From: Gemmatimonadota bacterium
Lineage (GTDB): Bacteria; Gemmatimonadota; Gemmatimonadetes; Longimicrobiales; RSA9
Assembly: GCA_040905425.1 (NCBI GenBank)
Contig: JBBDRO010000101.1
Coordinates: 67,913-79,120 of the forward strand
Reading direction: 5' to 3'
Length of the DNA stretch: 11,208 nucleotides
The translations under genes were made by a program, and so were the position numbers. Each line of letters begins with the position of its first letter. The stretch's first letter is position 1. The notes beneath the pieces were generated by a model. It was not told the DNA's origin and did not search any database. It worked only from the letters and a program-made list of their open reading frames with translations. Positions 1 through 5,641 of the stretch are shown one piece after another.

Positions 1-2
1 CG

Positions 3-98
3 GTCGAGCTCTACGGCGCCGACTCGATCCCGGACGCGCCGCGCCAGTACGCGCGGAAGGTGAAGAACGCGCAGGAGGCGCCCGAGGCGATCCGCCCC
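3..98 (+). pseudogene. topA: Internal fragment of DNA topoisomerase I (type IA), corrupted and truncated; possibly an assembly or read-end artefact
   Basis: Frame +3 reads VELYGADSIPDAPRQYARKVKNAQEAPEAIRP, matching the TopA motif KNAQEAHEAIRP with His changed to Pro (CCC at 81-83). Similarity is lost at a C8 run (95-102) and the frame stops at TAG 216-218, inside the 3' end of pgeF. Not listed in the ORF track. Confidence 0.75.
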
Positions 99-142
99 CC
101 CCGCCACTCCGTCCCGCCGGCGGGATGCTCGACCCCCTTCAC

Positions 143-925
143 TTACGTACCCGCGGCGCCCGGGCGGATCCCCAGCACAGAGATCTGCCGTTCCGGGTTG
201 CCCCCGCGATGGGAATAGAAGTGTTGGCCATCACAGCGCGTGCAGTGCGTGGAGATGCTCACCCGGGCGGGCGGCACACCCAGCGCCACGGCCTTGCGGG
301 CCAGGTAGGCGCGCAGATCCACCGGGGTGGGAGCGGCCGGCTCCGGCAGGCCCAGGGCCGCGTGCACCTCCGGCCCCACCTCGTAGCAGGGGCCGCAGAT
401 GGCCGGGCCGAAGTGAACGCGCCAGCCCTCAGGCCCACCGCCCAGGGCCGCCAGCGCGCGCGCGCCCGCTTCCAGCATGCCGCCCGCAACCCCGCGCCAG
501 CCGGCATGAAGCAGCGCCACGGCGCGGGCGTCCTCGTCCACCAGGAAAACCGGTACGCAGTCGGCGGTGGAGACGGTGAGGAGGATGCCCGGAGCGGCGG
601 TATGGTGACCGTCGGCGGCGTCCTGAATGAGTAGGCCCGGGGTGTGGTCCTCATGGCGGAGGACACGGGTGCCGTGCACCTGCCGGGCGTGCACCATGCG
701 GGGCATGCCGAACCGCTCCCGGAGGCCGTGCCAGCGCTCCATGGCCCGCCCCACGGGAAGGGCGCCGAAGAGGCCCATGTCGGCGTCTCTGCCCCGGCCG
801 GTGGTGCCCTGCACGAGCCACGGGAGCTCGGCGGCCAGCTCGGCATGACGCCAGAGCGGCGGGGCGCCCGCCTCCGCCGTCTCGGCTACCGTCTGGACGC
901 CCTGCGATGGGAGGGGTTCAGCCAC
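143..925 (-). CDS. pgeF: PgeF/YfiH family protein (peptidoglycan editing factor, laccase-domain/purine nucleoside phosphorylase family), about 260 aa
   Basis: Family motifs QVHG, ADG, TADCVPV, HAGWRG, GPAICGPCYEVG and CTRC...FYSHR; the His-Cys-His triad is intact. Start placed at GTG 925, which overlaps the upstream stop (GTGGCTGA). The track's start at 1036 lies inside the upstream gene. Confidence 0.92.
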   Translation of the reverse strand: MAEPLPSQGVQTVAETAEAGAPPLWRHAELAAELPWLVQGTTGRGRDADMGLFGALPVGRAMERWHGLRERFGMPRMVHARQVHGTRVLRHEDHTPGLLIQDAADGHHTAAPGILLTVSTADCVPVFLVDEDARAVALLHAGWRGVAGGMLEAGARALAALGGGPEGWRVHFGPAICGPCYEVGPEVHAALGLPEPAAPTPVDLRAYLARKAVALGVPPARVSISTHCTRCDGQHFYSHRGGNPERQISVLGIRPGAAGT

Positions 926-1298
926 CGTCCTCGGGGAAGTCGGACCCGCCCGTCGTGGACCCGCCCGTCGTGGACCCGCCCGTCGTGGGGCCGCCCTCGG
1001 GCGGCTGCATCCGGTCCACCCGTTCCCGCAGGGCACTCACCTCGGCGCGCAGCGCCTCCAGCTCCTTGCGGGTGACGAAGTCCACCCTGCCGCGCAACTC
1101 CTCCACCGCCTCCTGGGCCGCGTCCATGGTGGTGCGGGCGGCCTCACGCGCGCGGTCGGCCGACAGGTCACCGCTGTCGCGCAGGTCGTCGAAGGTGCCC
1201 TCCACGGCCTCGCGCAGGGCGTCCAGCACGCCAGCCACGGCGCGTACGCCCTCGCTGAAGGGTCCCCGCGAACCGCGCCGTCCACTGTCGTCCGCCAT
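918..1298 (-). CDS. Small helical/coiled-coil protein, phasin (PhaF/PhaI)-like or UbiK/BMFP-like, 126 aa
   Basis: Strong SD GGAGGAGG (1304-1311) before the ATG. Amphipathic helices, a GDLSADRA motif and a DFVTRKELEALRAEVSALRERV heptad segment, then a low-complexity GGSTT tail. Packed tightly between murA and pgeF. Confidence 0.8.
   Translation of the reverse strand: MADDSGRRGSRGPFSEGVRAVAGVLDALREAVEGTFDDLRDSGDLSADRAREAARTTMDAAQEAVEELRGRVDFVTRKELEALRAEVSALRERVDRMQPPEGGPTTGGSTTGGSTTGGSDFPEDGG
942..986. repeat. 15-bp tandem repeat, three exact copies (GGACCCGCCCGTCGT), in-frame in the C-terminus of 918..1298
   Basis: Copies at 942-956, 957-971 and 972-986, plus a degenerate fourth at about 987-1001; encodes (TTGGS)3 on the minus strand. 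Confidence 0.95.
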
Positions 1299-1327
1299 GC
1301 TGTCCTCCTCCGTCGGGTGTCGGGGCT

Positions 1328-2617
1328 TCAGTCGTGCCGGGAATCCTCACGCGTGATGCGCGCGCCCAGCGAGCACAGCCGATCGTCGATATTCATGTAA
1401 CCGCGCTCGATCTGTTCGATGTTGTAGATGTGGCTCTCACCCTCGGCGCCGAGCGCCGCGATGAGGAGCGCCATGCCGGCCCGGATGTCCGGACTCTCCG
1501 CCACGGTGGCGTGCAGGCGCGAGGGTCCCACCACCACCGCCCGGTGCGGATCGCACAGCACGATGTTGGCGCCCATGCCGATGATCTTGTCCGCGAAGAA
1601 CATACGCGACTCGAACATCTTTTCGAAGATGAGAATGGTGCCCCTGCACTGCGTGGCGGTGACCAGGGCAATGGACGTGAGGTCCGCCGGGAACGCCGGC
1701 CAGGGACCGTCGTCGATCTTGGGGATGTGACCGCCCACGTCCTTCTTGACCATGAGGTCCTGACCCGATGGAACGAGCAGATCCTCGCCCCGGATGGTGC
1801 ACTGTACGCCCATGCGCTCGAAGCCGAGCAGCGTGGAATCCAGGTGCTCCACGGCGGCATCCAGAATGGTGATGTCGCCATCGGTCACGGCGGCCAGACC
1901 AATGAAGGAGCCCACCTCGATGTGGTCACTCCCCACCCGGAACGTCCCGCCACCGAGCCGCTCCACCCCTTCGAATTCCAGCACGTTGGTGCCGATGCCG
2001 CTGATGTGGGCGCCCATGCCCACGAGCATGTGGCAGAGGTTCTGCACGTGCGGCTCGGCGGCGGCGTTGCGGATGCGCGTGCGCCCCTTGGCCATGACCG
2101 CGGCCATGACGGCGTTCTCCGTGGCGGTCACGCTGGGCTCGTCCAGGAAGATGTCGGCGCCCGTGAGACCCTTGGTGCTCAGCTTGTAGCCCTTGCCCGT
2201 CTCCACCTCCGCGCCCAGCCGCTGCAGCGCCAGGAAGTGCGTATCCACGCGCCGGCGACCGATGACGTCCCCGCCGGGCGGCGGCAGCACCATGTGCCCC
2301 ACCCGCGCCAGCATGGGACCCGCCAGCAGGATCGAGGCACGAATGCGCGCCGCCTGGGCCGGATCGAGCTGCGTGGCGCCCACTTCCCGGGCACGCACGC
2401 TCACCCGCCCCGTATCCGTCCAGGCTACCTCCGCGCCCAGATGTTCGAGGAGCAGCATGAGCGTGCGGACATCCTTGATGTCGGGCACATTTTCCAGGAC
2501 CACTTCCTCTTCGGTGAGGAGCGCGGCTGCGAGCATGGGAAGGGCGGCATTCTTGTTCCCCGACGGACGGATTTCTCCGGCCAGGGAATACCCTCCCTCC
2601 ACGATGAATTTCGGCAT
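1328..2617 (-). CDS. murA: UDP-N-acetylglucosamine 1-carboxyvinyltransferase, 429 aa
   Basis: Motifs [62 protein letters not shown] and IERGY. SD GGAG at 2624-2627. Confidence 0.98.
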   Translation of the reverse strand: MPKFIVEGGYSLAGEIRPSGNKNAALPMLAAALLTEEEVVLENVPDIKDVRTLMLLLEHLGAEVAWTDTGRVSVRAREVGATQLDPAQAARIRASILLAGPMLARVGHMVLPPPGGDVIGRRRVDTHFLALQRLGAEVETGKGYKLSTKGLTGADIFLDEPSVTATENAVMAAVMAKGRTRIRNAAAEPHVQNLCHMLVGMGAHISGIGTNVLEFEGVERLGGGTFRVGSDHIEVGSFIGLAAVTDGDITILDAAVEHLDSTLLGFERMGVQCTIRGEDLLVPSGQDLMVKKDVGGHIPKIDDGPWPAFPADLTSIALVTATQCRGTILIFEKMFESRMFFADKIIGMGANIVLCDPHRAVVVGPSRLHATVAESPDIRAGMALLIAALGAEGESHIYNIEQIERGYMNIDDRLCSLGARITREDSRHD

Positions 2618-2639
2618 AGCGTTCTCCAGCGGACACGAA

Positions 2640-2662
2640 CGGCGCGGTCAGATGCCGCGCCG
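2640..2662 (-). promoter_or_regulatory. Stem-loop in the murA 5' leader
   Basis: Perfect 8-bp inverted repeat CGGCGCGG-N7-CCGCGCCG lying between the predicted -10 box and the SD. Confidence 0.45.
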
Positions 2663-2673
2663 CCTCCGCACGG

Positions 2674-2703
2674 AACATACCGGCCGGCGGAATGGAGCGT
2701 CAA
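2674..2703 (-). promoter_or_regulatory. Sigma70-like promoter for murA-orf-pgeF
   Basis: Minus strand TTGACG (2703-2698), 18-nt spacer, TATGTT (2679-2674). Confidence 0.7.
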
Positions 2704-2719
2704 ACCGCGGGCAGTCCGC

Positions 2720-2749
2720 TTGACACCGCCGGAAAGCGCCCTCTACGTT
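2720..2749 (+). promoter_or_regulatory. Sigma70-like promoter for the glutaminase/pseudo-nadE unit
   Basis: Perfect TTGACA (2720-2725), 18-nt spacer, TACGTT (2744-2749); back-to-back with the murA promoter. Confidence 0.72.
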
Positions 2750-2829
2750 CCGCCCGGAACCCGATCCCCCCGGCCCCTCCGGCAGTATGCGAATCCGAGA
2801 CCACGCGGCCGTCGGGCACGGCGCGCGAG

Positions 2830-3690
2830 ATGCCTGAGCGGGCCCTGCGCCTGGCGGTGCTCCAGACGGACGCCCGCCCGCGTGATGTGACCGGCAATCT
2901 GGATCGCCTGGCCGCCATGGCTACCGCGACGGGTGCCGAGCTCACCCTCACGCCCGAGCTCTCCGTGACCGGTTACGGCGTAAGCGACGACGCCGCCACC
3001 CTTGCCGTGCCTCTCCGCACCGGCGCGGCGGCGCCCCCTTCGTGGGCGGCCGCCAGCGCGGCGCCGGGCACGCTCGTGCTCGGCGCCATCGAACGGGGCG
3101 TGGACGGCCTGCCCTACAACGTGGCGGCCGCGCTCGCTGACGGCGCGGTCGGCGCCGTGCAGCGCAAGATCTACCTGCCCACCTACGGCACCTTCGACGA
3201 GGGCCGCTTCTTTGCCCGCGGCCGCACGGTGACGCCGTGGACGCTGACCGGCGGCTGGCGCGCGGGCGTGCTGGTGTGCGAGGACCTCTGGCACCCGGGC
3301 CTGGCCTACGCCCTCGCGGCGCAGGACATCCACCTGCTGCTGGTACTGTCCGCCGCGCCGGGGCGCGGTGCCTGGGAGGGCAGTGCGGCCGGCGGCCTCT
3401 TTGCATCGGCCGAGCCGTGGGAGCACCTGGCACGGGCGGCCGCCCATGCCTACGGTGTCTACGTGGCGCTGGCCAACCGCTGCGGCGTGGAGGGCGGCGT
3501 GACCTTCGCGGGGGGCTCCCTGGTGGTGGCTCCCGACGGCGCCCTCCTGGCGCGCGCCCCCGAGCTGGAGCAGGCCGCGCTGGAGGTGGAGCTTGACCCG
3601 GCCGCACTGCGCGCGGCGCGCCGCCCATGGAGCCACTTCCGGGATGACGATCCCGCGCTCGTGCGGCGCGCGCTGGAGGCCCTGCCGTGA
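2830..3690 (+). CDS. Nitrilase-superfamily carbon-nitrogen hydrolase; stand-alone glutaminase subunit of the glutamine-dependent NAD+ synthetase type, about 286 aa
   Basis: Catalytic triad intact: E in TPELSVTGY (2956), K in RKIYLPTYGTFDEGRFF (3166), C in VCEDLW (3277); also ANRCGVEGGVTFAGGS. The LPxYxxFDExRxF and CEDxW signatures are typical of the NAD-synthetase glutaminase branch. Start chosen at ATG 2830 because the track's start at 2692 lies upstream of the predicted promoter. Confidence 0.9.
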   Translation: MPERALRLAVLQTDARPRDVTGNLDRLAAMATATGAELTLTPELSVTGYGVSDDAATLAVPLRTGAAAPPSWAAASAAPGTLVLGAIERGVDGLPYNVAAALADGAVGAVQRKIYLPTYGTFDEGRFFARGRTVTPWTLTGGWRAGVLVCEDLWHPGLAYALAAQDIHLLLVLSAAPGRGAWEGSAAGGLFASAEPWEHLARAAAHAYGVYVALANRCGVEGGVTFAGGSLVVAPDGALLARAPELEQAALEVELDPAALRAARRPWSHFRDDDPALVRRALEALP

Positions 3691-4256
3691 GCACGCCGGT
3701 GCCCGCGGGCGCGGAGCGGCGCGTGGCCGCCGTGGTGGCCGCGGTGGTCCGCCAGGCGCTGGCCGACGCCGGCGCCACCGTGGTGCACGTGCAGGCACCG
3801 GACACGCCGGCGGGTGCGCTGCTGCTGGACTGGCTCGTGGGGGCAGGGCTGGACGCGGTGCCGGCGGGGCCGGAAGCCGCGGCCGGCGGGTCCGTGCTGG
3901 ACGCCCACCCGGCCGACAAGACCTGGCTGCTGCTCGCGGGCGCCCCGCCGACCGCCGCGCTCCTCCCGCTGGGGGACCTGTGGGGCTCGCGCGTGGCGGC
4001 CCTGGCAAGCGGCTGGCAGGCGCCGCCGGCCGTGGCGGCGCTGGTGGAGCGGTGCGGTGGCGTGGACGCGCTGGACGGGGCCCTCATGGCCTGGATCGAC
4101 GGGCGCGCCGGAGCCGATGATGCGCTGCACGGGCTGCCGGCAGGGGCGGCCAGCGCGCTACGGGAAGCGTTCGAGGAGGGGCGGCTGCACCGCCGCCGGG
4201 CCGGCCTCGTGCCCAAGCTGGGCGGCCGTACGGTGGGCATCGACCTCTTCGACTGA
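3687..4256 (+). CDS. Degenerate NadE-like protein (probable pseudo-enzyme derived from an NAD+ synthetase subunit), 189 aa
   Basis: GTG start overlaps the glutaminase stop (GTGA). Collinear NadE remnants: HPADKTWLLL (cf. GTxNKTExxxG), PLGDLWGSRVAALA (cf. PIGDLYKTQVxxLA), DALDGAL (cf. YxxxDxxL) and HRR...VPKLGGRTVGID (cf. FKR...IAKLSxRTxGxD). No SGGxDS PP-loop. Homology was recognised by eye, not by search. Confidence 0.72.
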   Translation: MSTPVPAGAERRVAAVVAAVVRQALADAGATVVHVQAPDTPAGALLLDWLVGAGLDAVPAGPEAAAGGSVLDAHPADKTWLLLAGAPPTAALLPLGDLWGSRVAALASGWQAPPAVAALVERCGGVDALDGALMAWIDGRAGADDALHGLPAGAASALREAFEEGRLHRRRAGLVPKLGGRTVGIDLFD

Positions 4257-4337
4257 GGGAGCGCCGGGGAGCGGCCGCGTGCGTGATGGCCCGCCCCCTG
4301 CACGGACCCACGGGACGAACCCGAACAGGAGCACATC

Positions 4338-4694
4338 ATGCCGGACCGACCGTTGACCGATTTTCTGGCCGACCGTGACGCGAATGACTTCCTGGCCGCC
4401 TTCGCGGTCGGCGCCGCGCTGGGTATAGGCGCCATCCTGCTGCTGCGTGGAGACCAGAGCCGCACCGCGCGGCTGAAGAAGCGGGGCCGCAATTTGGGCA
4501 AGCGCGCCGGGCGGGCCGGCCAGAGCGCCGGTGCGGCGGTGCGGGATATGGGCGGCGCCGGCCGCGAGCTGCTGGGCGCCTTCCACGAGGAGGCGGCCGC
4601 CATCGTGGACGCCGCCCGCGACGAGATCGCGCGCTCGGCCCGGGACGGCGTGCGCGGTGCGCAGCGCGCCGTGCGGGAGGGGCTCGGCCGCTGA
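4338..4694 (+). CDS. YtxH-like membrane-anchored helical protein, 118 aa
   Basis: SD AGGAG (4327-4331). One N-terminal TM segment FLAAFAVGAALGIGAILLL, followed by a basic stretch and amphipathic Ala/Arg/Glu-rich helices, which is the YtxH architecture. Confidence 0.8.
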   Translation: MPDRPLTDFLADRDANDFLAAFAVGAALGIGAILLLRGDQSRTARLKKRGRNLGKRAGRAGQSAGAAVRDMGGAGRELLGAFHEEAAAIVDAARDEIARSARDGVRGAQRAVREGLGR

Positions 4695-5641
4695 GCGGAA
4701 GCGCGCTGCTCCGCGGTGCAGGGCGGGCGGGGGCGCTCCTGGCGGGCGCCCTCGTCCTGCTGGCGCTCTCACCGGACCCCGCCTGGGCGTTCGGCCCGGC
4801 TACGCACGTCTACATTGGCAAGCACCTGCTGGACGCGCTGTGGCTGCTGCCGCCCTCCCTGGGCGCCCTGCTGCGCGCGCATCCGCAGAGCTTCCTCTAC
4901 GGCTCCATGGCGGCCGACATCTCGCTGGCCAAGAAGTACGTCCCGGCGGGGCGGCACTGCCACTTCTGGCACGTGGGGGAGGAGATCCTCGACGTGGCGG
5001 AGAATGATCGGCTGCGCGCCGTGGGCTACGGCTACCTGGCGCACCTGGCGGCGGACACCATAGCGCACAACTTCTTCGTGCCCCGCCAGCTCATGCTCAC
5101 TAGCAGCACGCAGGCCCTGGGGCACTCCTACTGGGAGCACCGCCTGGATACGCAGCTGGGCGAACCGTACAGCGCCGTGGCGCGGGAAGTGGTCATGGAG
5201 TACGACCACTCGGAGGCGGACCACCTCTTCGACCAGGTGCTCTCCGGCACCCTGTTTTCCTTCGAGACCAACCGGCGCATCTTCCGCGGCATGATCCGCA
5301 TCCAGGACAACGACCGCTGGCAGTCCGTCTTCGGGCGGGTGCTGCAGAGTTCACGCTGGGAGCTGCCGCGGCCCACCATCGAGGCGTACCTGTCCCGGTC
5401 GTTCGACTACGTGGTGGACTATCTGCTGCGCGGCCGTGACTCCCTGCCGGCCGCGCTCGATCCGGTGGGCGAGTTCAACCTGCGCATCGCCAAGAAGGTG
5501 CGCCGCCTGGCGCTGCGCGAGGGAAAGCTGGGCCAGCCCGATGTGCTGGCGGAGCTGGCCGAGGATTTCTTCCCGCTGCCCGCACGTTCCCTGGGCTACT
5601 GGGAGAAGCGCCTGACGCCACCCGCGGGCGCGGTGCGCTAG
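4691..5641 (+). CDS. Zinc-dependent phospholipase C family (Zn_dep_PLPC, S1-P1-like fold) protein with signal peptide, about 316 aa; probable CTG start
   Basis: The frame of track ORF 4907..5641 is open upstream and encodes ...ALLAGALVLLALSPDPAWA|FGPATH (signal peptide, AxA site, family N-terminal motif). Candidate Zn ligands lie in PATH, GSMAAD, CHFW, GYLAHLAADTIAHN and GHSYWE. There is no in-frame ATG/GTG/TTG before 4907. CTG 4691 overlaps the ytxH stop (CTGA) with GGAGG at 4676-4680. Confidence 0.85.
   Translation: MSGSALLRGAGRAGALLAGALVLLALSPDPAWAFGPATHVYIGKHLLDALWLLPPSLGALLRAHPQSFLYGSMAADISLAKKYVPAGRHCHFWHVGEEILDVAENDRLRAVGYGYLAHLAADTIAHNFFVPRQLMLTSSTQALGHSYWEHRLDTQLGEPYSAVAREVVMEYDHSEADHLFDQVLSGTLFSFETNRRIFRGMIRIQDNDRWQSVFGRVLQSSRWELPRPTIEAYLSRSFDYVVDYLLRGRDSLPAALDPVGEFNLRIAKKVRRLALREGKLGQPDVLAELAEDFFPLPARSLGYWEKRLTPPAGAVR

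Noticed and set aside
942..986. Direct repeats as a possible mini-CRISPR
   Set aside because: 15-bp units directly abut with no spacers, lie in-frame in a CDS, and no cas genes are present.
926..1036. N-terminal extension of pgeF given in the ORF track (PRRAG repeats)
   Set aside because: Alternative-frame reading of the upstream gene and its 15-bp repeat; GTG 925 gives a normal PgeF length.
2692..2829. 46-aa N-terminal extension of the nitrilase-family ORF
   Set aside because: Starts upstream of the predicted TTGACA/TACGTT promoter and has no nitrilase-like sequence.
1334..2890. 518-aa plus-strand ORF antisense to murA
   Set aside because: Antisense shadow produced by GC-rich codon usage; no recognisable motifs; fully overlaps a confident gene.
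4257..4337. Internal promoter or terminator between the pseudo-nadE and ytxH-like genes
   Set aside because: Only a short CGTGC/GCACG inverted repeat; no convincing -35/-10 pair or U-tract.
2743..4772. Long minus-strand ORFs 2743..4008, 2948..4603 and 4158..4772
   Set aside because: Low-complexity Arg/Pro/Ala/Ser translations opposite well-supported plus-strand genes.
4716..5063. 115-aa ORF from GTG 4716 as a separate gene or frameshifted PLC N-terminus
   Set aside because: The PLC frame is continuous from 4691 and gives a coherent signal peptide and family motif; this overlapping frame has no recognisable features.
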